This document shows positions 1 through 7,417 of a stretch of 39,708 bases of DNA, piece by piece. Origin of the DNA: a virus (lineage: Duplodnaviria; Caudoviricetes); the IMG/VR virus record IMGVR_UViG_3300037692_000626, positions 1-39,708 of that record, one strand, 5' to 3'. The notes under the pieces are model-generated. The model saw nothing but the letters and a program-made list of their open reading frames with translations. It was not told where the DNA came from and did not search any database. Within the stretch, counting starts at the first letter, position 1, and each line of letters begins with the position of its first letter. Both the position numbers and the translations under genes were made by a program.

Positions 1-76
1 CAACCGGGGTTGGCTCTTCGAACTGATCAAGTCCGAGCACTTCGGCCAGATCTTCGTCTCCAAGACCCTCCCCGGC
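1..76 (+). other. Host flank: fragment of an interrupted host coding sequence
   Basis: Frame 2 reads NRGWLFELIKSEHFGQIFVSKTLPG with mostly G/C third positions, then switches abruptly to AT-rich codons (TAT CCT TTA TCA) at 77. Confidence 0.65.
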
Positions 77-240
77 TATCCTTTATCAGGTAGATTGAGA
101 CTTTTGCGGGCGCGCGGCGAATCGCGTATTGCGTTGATATATCAAGGCTAAAGGCCATTTTGGACCCATCTTTCCAGTTTGAGACTTTTTCCCGGAAATA
201 CGTCATTTTTACCGGATTCGACAGCCAGTTTGAGATTTAT
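77..240 (+). repeat. Left end (attL): three transposase-binding sites L1 (91-105), L2 (174-190), L3 (220-240)
   Basis: TAGATTGAGACTTTT, CCAGTTTGAGACTTTTT and GACAGCCAGTTTGAGATTT. L3 (220-238) is a perfect 19-bp inverted match to 39645-39663. Long L1-L2 spacer as in Mu attL. Confidence 0.85.
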
Positions 241-319
241 CGGTGGGCGAGTGCGGCCACATATCGTGGGTATATATGTGAAAATATATGGGAATATACC
301 AACGGAAGAGAACACAAAA

Positions 320-362
320 TGTCCCCCACCTCCGGGTGGGTGGGGGACAAGGTGGGGGACAA
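320..362. repeat. GGTGGGGGACA(A) repeats: one inverted copy (320-330) and two tandem copies (339-350, 351-362); a fourth copy at 39633-39644
   Basis: Read directly from the sequence. Confidence 0.85.
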
Positions 363-528
363 AGTATATGCATGCAACAAGACTGATAAATAAGGAGTTT
401 TAGGGTGTGTCCGCTTGGCTGGTTGTTATTGCGGGTTCCTTCCTATTAAGAATAATCAGGGTGCAAATCGCCCTTTCCGGGGCCTTAAAGGGAATTCTCT
501 ACCTATTTAATGGGGAATTGAAGACCAT

Positions 529-861
529 TTAGACAGGAACGGGATGCTCCATCAAGATTCCGCTCTCCATCAGTGGGCGGGATATTTTCCGTCGGGCACT
601 CCGTTGCTTCCGAAGCACGTTGTAAATGTACCTCTTGGATACCCCGTACCTGGAGGACAGCCTTCGCACGTTGCACCCGTCGAACTCCTCGACGATCTTC
701 CGGTCGATCAGCCTCTTGAAGCCGAACCGCGGCACGCCAAGCTTCTCACCGCGGCACGCCTTCAGCAGCTTGACCGCCACCGTGAGGCCGCACGTCTCCG
801 CGACCAGGCGCATGTCCTCGTTGGGCATGTCATCGATCGTGATGTCCTTTAGCCAGTCCAT
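529..861 (-). CDS. mor: Mor/C-family transcription activator
   Basis: Mor-type pattern: VAETCGLTVAVKLLKACRGEKLGVP ... RKIVEEFDGCNVRRLSSRYGVSKRYIYNVL (C-terminal HTH). SD AAGGGGGA. Confidence 0.88.
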   Translation of the reverse strand: MDWLKDITIDDMPNEDMRLVAETCGLTVAVKLLKACRGEKLGVPRFGFKRLIDRKIVEEFDGCNVRRLSSRYGVSKRYIYNVLRKQRSARRKISRPLMESGILMEHPVPV

Positions 862-870
862 CGTCCCCCT

Positions 871-1083
871 TCAGTTGAGCCAGGGCGCGTACTTCTTCAT
901 CAGCCGGTTCTTCTCGTCCCGGATCGGATCGCCGGGAGGTACCTCGTTCGGTTTCACATTGATCCGGCGGAGGCACCGCTGGCAGAAGAGGTCCAGACAC
1001 TCCCTCGAACTGAACGCCATGATGAGCTCGAATCGGCAACCGAAGAGGACACAGACCATGTTGCGGAAGCCGCCGCGCCTCAC
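871..1083 (-). CDS. Small Cys-rich hypothetical protein (start GTG 1083 or ATG 1059)
   Basis: GTGA overlap with the upstream stop; CVLFGC...CQRC motif; stop abuts the mor SD. Confidence 0.55.
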   Translation of the reverse strand: MRRGGFRNMVCVLFGCRFELIMAFSSRECLDLFCQRCLRRINVKPNEVPPGDPIRDEKNRLMKKYAPWLN

Positions 1084-1331
1084 TCCGCCGCCACCGTGCT
1101 CGTGGTGGGAGGATCCTTCCGGATGTACCGCCATTCTTCCGCGTTGGCGACGCCCCGCCTCCGGAGCGCCCGCCAGACGCACGCGCAGATCCGATGGACG
1201 TTGGTCCCGCGGACGACGCCGGTGATGCCGGTGCCGAGGCAGGTGTTGTGAGAGGGCTTGGCCAGCGCCCGGATCTTCTCCAGGTCGATCTCCACCATGC
1301 CGTCTTTCCTGGGCGGGGAATCACCTGTCAT
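1080..1331 (-). CDS. Hypothetical protein, possible Zn-binding (HNTC...CAC)
   Basis: SD AGGAG, starts 1 nt after the upstream stop; tight operon packing. Confidence 0.6.
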   Translation of the reverse strand: MTGDSPPRKDGMVEIDLEKIRALAKPSHNTCLGTGITGVVRGTNVHRICACVWRALRRRGVANAEEWRYIRKDPPTTSTVAAE

Positions 1332-1332
1332 T

Positions 1333-1557
1333 TCATCTCCTCTCGATTGCTCCGGCCGCGATGGCCTTCTTCCGCCAGGAGGCGGTCAAATCGTAGTGCT
1401 CTTTCGATCCGCTGTGCCGCCACCGATGCGGGATCCCGAGCTTCCGGGCGAACGCCTCCAGCTCCTCGAACGAATCCGCCAGGAGGTGACACGTCGCGTG
1501 CTTCTTACTCCACATCGTGCATCCCCACTGCCGGAGGCGATCGACATAGACAGCCAT
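1333..1557 (-). CDS. DUF4031-family protein
   Basis: MAVYVD...CHLLADSFEELEAFARKLGI...HYDLTASWRKKAIAAGA matches the DUF4031 pattern. Confidence 0.85.
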   Translation of the reverse strand: MAVYVDRLRQWGCTMWSKKHATCHLLADSFEELEAFARKLGIPHRWRHSGSKEHYDLTASWRKKAIAAGAIERR

Positions 1558-2343
1558 CTATCGGCCTCCCTCCCAGTTCCGAACGATCAGCTCGCGGGCC
1601 GCGGATCCGACGCCAGAGCGATTGTTGACGGAGTAGGTGATCCCCAGGCTCTTCATCCGGAAATGGGAAAAGAGCCTGCGCATCTCCGGGTGATCGTTGA
1701 TGGACAGGATCACCTTCCCCTGGACACGGCTTATGACATCGGCCAGCGACTTGTATTGATCCAGACCGAACGGCACGCCGTAGCCCTCGGTCAGCCAGTA
1801 CGGCGGATCGAGATAGAAGAGGGTGTGCGGGCGGTCGTACTTCTCGATGCACTCCCGCCAGGGCAGGTGCTCCACCGTGCAGCGCGCCAGGCGCAAGTGC
1901 ACCGCGGAGAGTTCCTCCTCGATTCGAAGGAGGTTCAGCCGCGGCCCGCTCGTGGTCGCGGTGCCGAACGTGCGGCCCTTCGCCTTGCCGCCGAAGCAGA
2001 GCCGCTGCAGGTAGTAGAATCGCGCGGCACGCTGGACGTCCGTGAGCGTTGCCGGCGGCGTCTCCTTCGCCCACTCGAACATCTGCCGCGAATTGAGCGC
2101 CCACTTGAATTGCCGGACGAACTCTTCGAGGTGGTGCTGCAGCACGCGGTAGAGGGTCACCAGGTCGAGGTTGATGTCGTTCAGGACCTCCGCCCTGGCG
2201 GGCTCCTCGCGAAGGAAGAAAAGCGCCGCGGCGCCGCAGAAGGGTTCCACATAGCAGGTGTGCTCCGGGAACATCGGAAGGATCTGTTTCGCCAACCGCC
2301 GCTTGCCTCCCAACCAGGGGATGAATGGTTGAACCGTCGTCAT
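1558..2343 (-). CDS. D12-class (Dam-like) N6-adenine DNA methyltransferase; specificity unknown
   Basis: PWLGGKRRLA, YVEPFCGAAALF (motif I), LNDIN, FYLDPPY (motif IV). SD GGAGG. Confidence 0.95.
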   Translation of the reverse strand: MTTVQPFIPWLGGKRRLAKQILPMFPEHTCYVEPFCGAAALFFLREEPARAEVLNDINLDLVTLYRVLQHHLEEFVRQFKWALNSRQMFEWAKETPPATLTDVQRAARFYYLQRLCFGGKAKGRTFGTATTSGPRLNLLRIEEELSAVHLRLARCTVEHLPWRECIEKYDRPHTLFYLDPPYWLTEGYGVPFGLDQYKSLADVISRVQGKVILSINDHPEMRRLFSHFRMKSLGITYSVNNRSGVGSAARELIVRNWEGGR

Positions 2344-2372
2344 TGTGAGCCTCCGCGTTGTCGTGGTAGGCT
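2343..2372 (+). promoter_or_regulatory. Putative sigma70 promoter for an antisense RNA opposite the methyltransferase leader
   Basis: TTGTGA (2343-2348), 18-bp spacer, extended -10 TGgTAGGCT (2364-2372). Confidence 0.5.
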
Positions 2373-2377
2373 CTCCG

Positions 2378-2478
2378 CGCCGCGTACGTGGCGGGGGAGC
2401 CTCCGGCCTGGCTCACAGGTCTACTCTGTGTGTCGGGCGGCCGGGCCGTGTTTCAGCACGGTCCGGTCGCTCCCTCTG
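2378..2478 (+). ncRNA. Putative cis-antisense sRNA to the methyltransferase 5' leader
   Basis: Hairpins 2378-2393 and 2435-2472 (16 bp) pair fully only on the + strand (four G-U pairs that would be A-C mismatches on the mRNA). Lies just downstream of the predicted promoter. Confidence 0.5.
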
Positions 2479-2537
2479 TCGGCCTCCTCAGCGCCGGCGC
2501 AACCGGCGGACGGGGGTGAATGCCCCCGTTTCGGCCT

Positions 2538-2948
2538 TCAGGCGTAGTGCCTGCCCGGCTGCGGGGGGAGATCGTCCCGGTCTTCGCGAGGGCGTGTTGG
2601 ATGCGGCTGTTCAGGGCTCTTGCACATACCGAAGCACCCACAAGCGAGCTGGAGTTTATAGCGCTGCTCGAAGAACCACGGCTCCGGATCTGCCGAGACC
2701 TGGATCCGTATCGGCTGAAGGGGGTCGCCGAACGTACTGAGTTCGAGGAAAATGTCCGCGCCTTCCGCGACCATCTTCCGTTGCTCCGGTGTGAGGGTCC
2801 AGCGTGACAGCACCTCCCGCATCGCGGTGTTGGCCCGCAAGCATCGGAGCGGGATGTACTCCGGCTGGTTCTTCGCGTAGACGACCTCGTGCTTCTCCAG
2901 TCCGTCCACGACCGGCCGGTCGGCGGGCTGCAGGTATTCCCATTTCAT
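2538..2948 (-). CDS. Hypothetical phage protein (YAKNQPEYIPL motif)
   Basis: ATGA overlap with the upstream gene, SD GGAGG, typical codon usage. Confidence 0.75.
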   Translation of the reverse strand: MKWEYLQPADRPVVDGLEKHEVVYAKNQPEYIPLRCLRANTAMREVLSRWTLTPEQRKMVAEGADIFLELSTFGDPLQPIRIQVSADPEPWFFEQRYKLQLACGCFGMCKSPEQPHPTRPREDRDDLPPQPGRHYA

Positions 2949-3295
2949 GGCTGGCCTCCCATGAACTCGCTCCCGCGCGGCAGCTCGAGCTGCTGATTCT
3001 CCTCGCGCAGGTCCTTCAGGCGCGCGTTCAGGTCCGCCAGCTTCCGCTCGACGTCGTACATCTCCTGCTTGGCCATCGAGAGATGATGGAGCTCGCGCAG
3101 CGTCTGGAGCATGTTCTGCTTGTGGTCCTCGACCAACTTCTCCGCCTTGCCCTGCAGCTCCTTCGCCGCGGCGTGCGGGTCGTCTCCCTCGTCCAGGGTG
3201 GCCTTGAGCGTGACCTGTGGGCGCAGGTTGGAGAAGTTCTCGTAGGGATGGTTGAACGTACGGCCCGCGGAGACGACGATTTCGGTGATCTTCAT
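2945..3295 (-). CDS. Hypothetical coiled-coil protein (MKITEIVVSAGRTFNHPYENFSNLRP...)
   Basis: Strong SD AAGGAGG before ATG 3295; the ORF-track start at 3583 overlaps thyX and is rejected. Confidence 0.8.
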   Translation of the reverse strand: MKITEIVVSAGRTFNHPYENFSNLRPQVTLKATLDEGDDPHAAAKELQGKAEKLVEDHKQNMLQTLRELHHLSMAKQEMYDVERKLADLNARLKDLREENQQLELPRGSEFMGGQP

Positions 3296-3297
3296 TG

Positions 3298-3978
3298 TCA
3301 ATCCTCCTTCCTTGTTGTGGGTTCGAGCTTTATGTCGTCGAAGACCACCGGGATCCGCCGCTGGAACTCCTCGAGGAGGGGACAGGCGATCTCCCGCATC
3401 TGGGGGTGCGCCGCAGGCGCAGTGCGGAGCCTGAAGAAGTGCCGCCACTCCCGGAGGTTCATCGTGACGACGATCTCGGTCTTGAGGCTGTTTGGCAGAA
3501 CCGAGCGGGCTTCTTGAGGTGTGGCACCCATCATGAGCAGGACACGATAGCCCCACTCGCAGGTCTGCATCACCATGGCCCATACGAGGGCTTTGTTCAG
3601 CGGCAAGAGCGACGTTTCGTCTGGGCCGGGAAGGAGCCTGGTTGGTTCCAAGCCCGTGAAGAAAGACGGCTGGATTACCTGGACCTCTTTGCCGTAGTTG
3701 CAGTACCGGGTGCTCTCCTGGCTGTAGCTGGCGATCCGATGGCGGACGAGCTCATGGGTTACGCCGCGATCGCAGACGATGCGTACTGTGACTTTCTCGT
3801 GCTCGAGCACCGACTCGTGCCCGCGCTTGATGAGCATCGCCACGAAGGCCCTGGCCGACTCGGCGGTCATCTTGTCCTCCGACTTGTAGCAGGTCCGCCC
3901 CGCCCGCTCGATCCTTCGGAGGATCTCCTCCCCGTCAATTCGGTCCTCGATCCTGAAGTTTGGCGTAACGATCTTCAT
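3298..3978 (-). CDS. thyX: FAD-dependent thymidylate synthase ThyX
   Basis: AGRTCYKS, GHESVLEH, signature RHRIASYSQESTRY, ARSVLPN, NLREWRHFFRLR, AHPQMR. Start MKIV at 3978 (ATGA overlap). Confidence 0.96.
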   Translation of the reverse strand: MKIVTPNFRIEDRIDGEEILRRIERAGRTCYKSEDKMTAESARAFVAMLIKRGHESVLEHEKVTVRIVCDRGVTHELVRHRIASYSQESTRYCNYGKEVQVIQPSFFTGLEPTRLLPGPDETSLLPLNKALVWAMVMQTCEWGYRVLLMMGATPQEARSVLPNSLKTEIVVTMNLREWRHFFRLRTAPAAHPQMREIACPLLEEFQRRIPVVFDDIKLEPTTRKED

Positions 3979-4196
3979 GTCGTCACCCTCGCTTCCGGGA
4001 ACGGCCGCCCCTTGCGCTTTGGCGGGCGGGGGACCTCCGTCACGCGCATCAGATCGAGCATTTCCTTCCGTGAAATGAACAGGGGCGGAGCCTCCTTCGT
4101 CCCGTACGCGTACGTGAGCCGGATGGCGAGCCGGCCGGTGTACTCGACCCGTGCGGAGATCCCGCGCTCGGCGTCGGAGGCGATGATCTGTCTCAT
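3975..4196 (-). CDS. Hypothetical protein
   Basis: ATGA overlaps on both sides; SD GGAGG. Confidence 0.7.
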   Translation of the reverse strand: MRQIIASDAERGISARVEYTGRLAIRLTYAYGTKEAPPLFISRKEMLDLMRVTEVPRPPKRKGRPFPEARVTT

Positions 4197-5080
4197 GCCG
4201 TCGCCCTCCGCTCACGCAGCCAGTCGAGGGAGACGTAGGCCAGCTCGTGCAAGCAGTCGTCGACGTCCGGATCTTTCCCGGCGAGTAAAGCCTCGGTGAG
4301 TGCGCCGAGCGCGACGTGCAACTGGCCCATGGAGGACGCGTCCATCGGGTGTCTGCGCCCCCCCCCCCCATTATTTGGCGGGACCATGACGGTGGCCTGG
4401 GCGGGGCTGGGATTCCGTGGGATGGCCTGGGACTTCCTGGGCGCGGCCGGTTTTCGGTTGACACGCGGGGCTTTTTTCGACGGTACGGTTGCATCGTTCG
4501 ACGCGCTCGCTCGGGCGGGCTTCTTGCCGTCGATCTCTTCCAGGGGGTTGGAAAGGTCCGGAGTCGTGTAGACCATGCTGTCGCTGCGCTTGCCGGGCCA
4601 CACCTTGATCTTCCCTTCCGCCTCGAGGGCCTTGGCGATGGGTTCAACCTCATCTCTTTTGAGGCGGATCATGCCGGCCAGGGCGCCCCGTGTGATGGCC
4701 TTGTGCTCCTGGATCTTGCGCAGGACCAGGTCCTTCTTCGTCGCATCCATCCTGTTCTCCTCCTTTTTGTTGTGGTCATCCTTTTTGTTGTGGTCATCCT
4801 TTTCGTTGGGTCGCGCCTGGTGCTCCTTGATACCGTTCGTAGTCGTTTGTATGACATTGTTTAACTTGCGGCGCGCCTCCCCCTCTTTCCTCCCGAGCGA
4901 TCTCCATGCGGACAACCCCAGGCCCGCCGCCTTGGCCGGTTCGACGCAACCGACCTCCCGGGCTTTCTCCTCGTTCGTCCGGCCGGCCTTGCAGTTCATG
5001 CACCGCGCGGGGGGCCCGGTGCGCCGCACCGCGATGCAGTTCTTCACGTCGTTCTCGTGTGGGCAGTCGCGGGGCGTCAT
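4193..5080 (-). CDS. Hypothetical protein: Cys-rich N-terminus, central winged-helix-like domain; probable internal start at 4750; contains a G12 tract
   Basis: ATG 5080 overlaps the upstream stop (ATGA). Internal AAAGGAGGAG-ATG before MDATKKDLVLRKIQEHKAITRGALAGMIRLKRDEVEPIAKALEAEGKI (wHTH-like). Confidence 0.65.
   Translation of the reverse strand: MTPRDCPHENDVKNCIAVRRTGPPARCMNCKAGRTNEEKAREVGCVEPAKAAGLGLSAWRSLGRKEGEARRKLNNVIQTTTNGIKEHQARPNEKDDHNKKDDHNKKEENRMDATKKDLVLRKIQEHKAITRGALAGMIRLKRDEVEPIAKALEAEGKIKVWPGKRSDSMVYTTPDLSNPLEEIDGKKPARASASNDATVPSKKAPRVNRKPAAPRKSQAIPRNPSPAQATVMVPPNNGGGGRRHPMDASSMGQLHVALGALTEALLAGKDPDVDDCLHELAYVSLDWLRERRATA
4761..4808. repeat. 18-bp tandem repeat TCCTTTTTGTTGTGGTCA x~2.7 (encodes KDDHNK repeats)
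   Basis: Copies at 4761-4778, 4779-4796 and a partial copy at 4797-4808. Confidence 0.9.
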
Positions 5081-5202
5081 GGCGCCGCCATCCGGTACAG
5101 GACAAAGAGCAGGGCAAAGAGGACGTGGAAGGCGATCGCCGCCAGTAAGCAGACGACGACCTTCCCCGTATCGGTCAGCGCGTTCCACGCTCTACGAAAC
5201 AT
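5077..5202 (-). CDS. 41-aa single-TM membrane peptide (not in the ORF track)
   Basis: MFRRAWNALTDTGKVVVCLLAAIAFHVLFALLFVLYRMAAP*. SD AAGGGAG; its TGA overlaps the next ATG. Confidence 0.7.
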   Translation of the reverse strand: MFRRAWNALTDTGKVVVCLLAAIAFHVLFALLFVLYRMAAP

Positions 5203-5410
5203 TTAAGACGTCTCCCTTCCAGCCGGAAATCCTCACCGTCTGCCGGTCGATGATGCCGCGCCACGCGCGGAACAACGTGATCCAGACCGTGCAGAACGCC
5301 GTCCCCGCCGAAACGATGAGCAGCGCGAAGGAGAGAAGCAGCAGGAGAACGTTGCTCCCGAGGTTCTTCGCGCGCGAAACGAGTTCGGCATACTCGGTGC
5401 GTGGGGTCAC
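5192..5410 (-). CDS. Small membrane protein
   Basis: Hydrophobic stretch VLLLLLSFALLIVSAGTAFCTVWITLF; GTGA overlap; SD AGGAGG. Confidence 0.7.
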   Translation of the reverse strand: MTPRTEYAELVSRAKNLGSNVLLLLLSFALLIVSAGTAFCTVWITLFRAWRGIIDRQTVRISGWKGDVLNVS

Positions 5411-5895
5411 TGGCGGGCCTCCTGCTCGATGGAGACATTGTCAACGATGGTTACCACCGGCGCCTTCCGGCGGATCGAAAGGTGCCTCCGGATCTCATAT
5501 CCCCGATCGCCGTCGCACGCCATGGCGATGAGCTCCGCCGTTGGCCGTACAATGACCTCACGTTCGACCAGGTCGTCGAGGCGATCGCCCAGCAACTCTT
5601 GCAGGGAGGATGCGTTCTCCGGCGGGATCTCCCAGGAGTACTCGACGCGCACGCGGGCGCGCATCCCGTTCAGGGTGTCGAAGACGACCTCCCCGTCGTC
5701 TTCGAGGCGCTCGGCCGCCGACGCCGCGATGGCGTCCTCGACGGCTTTCAGGGCCGGCTCGAACGAGCGGATCTTCTCCTGGACGATCGCTCCGACGTGG
5801 ATCAATTCCTGAAGCGTTTTGTCGGCGACGGCGACCAATAACCCCGGACGCCCTTTTTCCGAAGGCTGGTTGTAAACGGTCGTGGTCTGTTTCAT
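5407..5895 (-). CDS. Hypothetical early protein (MKQTTTVYNQ...)
   Basis: SD AAAGGAGGAG before ATG 5895; the longer ORF-track start overlaps gemA. Confidence 0.75.
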   Translation of the reverse strand: MKQTTTVYNQPSEKGRPGLLVAVADKTLQELIHVGAIVQEKIRSFEPALKAVEDAIAASAAERLEDDGEVVFDTLNGMRARVRVEYSWEIPPENASSLQELLGDRLDDLVEREVIVRPTAELIAMACDGDRGYEIRRHLSIRRKAPVVTIVDNVSIEQEARQ

Positions 5896-5912
5896 GGCTG
5901 CTGCTCCTCCTT

Positions 5913-6356
5913 TCATGCGGCCTTGGCCGCCTTCATGGTTTTCAGTGCGTTGACCACCTTGCGGACGTGCTCGGGCTCGAGGAACCGCAGGTCCTCCACG
6001 CCGACGATCCGCAGCAGGAAGTGCCGCAGCGCCGTCGCGCGGTCCTCGGCCGTCGTGGCGCGGGAGACGTCCTTCCACATCCCCTCGATCATCCGGAGCT
6101 GCTTCGGCGAGGCGAATCCCGGGCGGCCGCCGTACCGGTCGTACTTCTTCTCCTTGCGCCGCCACACGCCCTGGGAAACGGCGTGCGCCTCCATCTCCCG
6201 GATGAGATCGGCCGCCTCGGAGTGGGTGAGGTCCTTCGACGTCCTCTTCCGGAAGCGGGCGGCGAGCATCTCCCGGTACGTGGCGTCGTCCAGGCGCAGC
6301 GCGCCCTTCAAGACGTGGATCAGCTTGATCTGCGTCCCGTCGATCGCGGCCATCAC
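5913..6356 (-). CDS. gemA: GemA/Mu gp16 (DUF1018)-family protein
   Basis: QIKLIHVLKGALRLDDATYREML...TSKDLT...EA..LI and ASPKQLRMIEGMW...KVVNALK; typical Mu early-region context. Confidence 0.88.
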   Translation of the reverse strand: MMAAIDGTQIKLIHVLKGALRLDDATYREMLAARFRKRTSKDLTHSEAADLIREMEAHAVSQGVWRRKEKKYDRYGGRPGFASPKQLRMIEGMWKDVSRATTAEDRATALRHFLLRIVGVEDLRFLEPEHVRKVVNALKTMKAAKAA

Positions 6357-6607
6357 CTACCCTCCGCCTTCTTGACGGCCTGCGTGAGCAAGTCGAATGC
6401 CCGCTCGTCCTGGGGAAACTTCCGTACGAAGGCGTGTGCGAGGGCGAATCGTGCAGCCGCCAGCAGGTCCCGTGCGACCTCTTCCTCATGCGAAAGCGCC
6501 TGCATGGCCAGCAGGAACTCGTCTTCCTTCCGAACCTGTTTGTCGAACGACAGGATTTCGTTAACGCGCTGATCAAGCCGTGCGCGCTGTTCAGGTGTGA
6601 TCCGCAT
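6353..6607 (-). CDS. Hypothetical protein
   Basis: SD AAGGAGG before ATG 6607; GTGA overlap with gemA. Confidence 0.7.
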   Translation of the reverse strand: MRITPEQRARLDQRVNEILSFDKQVRKEDEFLLAMQALSHEEEVARDLLAAARFALAHAFVRKFPQDERAFDLLTQAVKKAEGR

Positions 6608-6619
6608 GGCCACCTCCTT

Positions 6620-7156
6620 TCAGGCGATCTCCTCGAGGGAGGTCTCGAACGGAACGATCACGAAGTCCTCGTCCTGGACGATCCGGATCCCACGGACGTT
6701 TTTGACGGCCTCCGGCTCGGCCAGGATGGCGGTCTTGTCGACCTCCTCCTTGGTCCGGATGAACCGTGCCAGCCCGAACGCCCGCAGCGCCTCGATGATC
6801 TTGTCGATCCCCTTGAGGACGACGGAGGGCGGGCGCAAGCGCCAACGGATCTCGCCGGAGGAGAGGTTCGCGGTCTTGGTCTTTCCGCCCTGGGTCAAGC
6901 TCTCCCGATGCGCCTCGCAGTAGAGGTGGACGCCCTCGGAGAGAGAGCGGATCGCGTCGGCGTGGGGCTTCCCCTCCTCCTCGAACCGCTCCTTGATCCG
7001 CGCGAGCTCGTCGTTCATGTCCGCCTGGATCCGGTCCCGCTCCCGCTGCCTACGGCCGATCTCCGCGATCGCTTCCACCACCTGGTCGTGCGTCTGCGGC
7101 ACCGGGAACTTCACCGCGTCCTGCTTGATCTTCCTTGTCGCTGTCGCCATCGCCAT
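6620..7156 (-). CDS. gam: Mu Gam-family host-nuclease inhibitor (DNA-end binding)
   Basis: VPQT..QVVEAIAEIG...YCEAHRESLTQGGKTKTANLSSGEIRWRLRPPSV...FIRTKEEVDKTAIL...EDFVIVPFE. Confidence 0.93.
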   Translation of the reverse strand: MAMATATRKIKQDAVKFPVPQTHDQVVEAIAEIGRRQRERDRIQADMNDELARIKERFEEEGKPHADAIRSLSEGVHLYCEAHRESLTQGGKTKTANLSSGEIRWRLRPPSVVLKGIDKIIEALRAFGLARFIRTKEEVDKTAILAEPEAVKNVRGIRIVQDEDFVIVPFETSLEEIA

Positions 7157-7182
7157 CGATTCCCTCCTTTCGCTTGGTTGAG

Positions 7183-7404
7183 TTATCCCAGGGCCACGAG
7201 CAGATCCGCGCTATCCTGCAGCCGGCCGGCTGCCTCACTGACCGCGTCGGGGGCCGTCGCGCGGTAGATCGCCAGGGGGGACTTGCATACGCAGTCGAAC
7301 AGGACCAGCGCCACGCCGCCGACCCCGTACTGGATTCCCACCAGGTGGGACAGGACGTGGGCCTCGTCGAGAGCCGCCCCGCACGCGCAGGTCTTCAGGA
7401 TCAC
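7183..7404 (-). CDS. Small hypothetical protein with two CxC motifs
   Basis: SD AAGGGGA; fills the gap between the ATPase and gam. Confidence 0.6.
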   Translation of the reverse strand: MILKTCACGAALDEAHVLSHLVGIQYGVGGVALVLFDCVCKSPLAIYRATAPDAVSEAAGRLQDSADLLVALG

Positions 7405-7417
7405 CGGCAGTCCCCTT

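Noticed and set aside
73-79. 7-bp inverted repeat CGGCTAT / ATAGCCG (39691-39697) as the true termini
   Set aside because: It gives no target duplication either (CTCCC versus CTCGG), the host-like frame continues through GGC at 74-76, and CGG-centred target preference explains the extra symmetry. Not fully excluded.
160-403. ORFs 160-393 and 179-403
   Set aside because: They overlie the transposase-binding sites and end repeats, are AT-rich and lack an SD; this is non-coding attL.
3979-4653. 225-aa N-terminal extension of ThyX in the ORF track
   Set aside because: Overlaps two better-supported genes in other frames; ThyX similarity begins at MKIV (3978).
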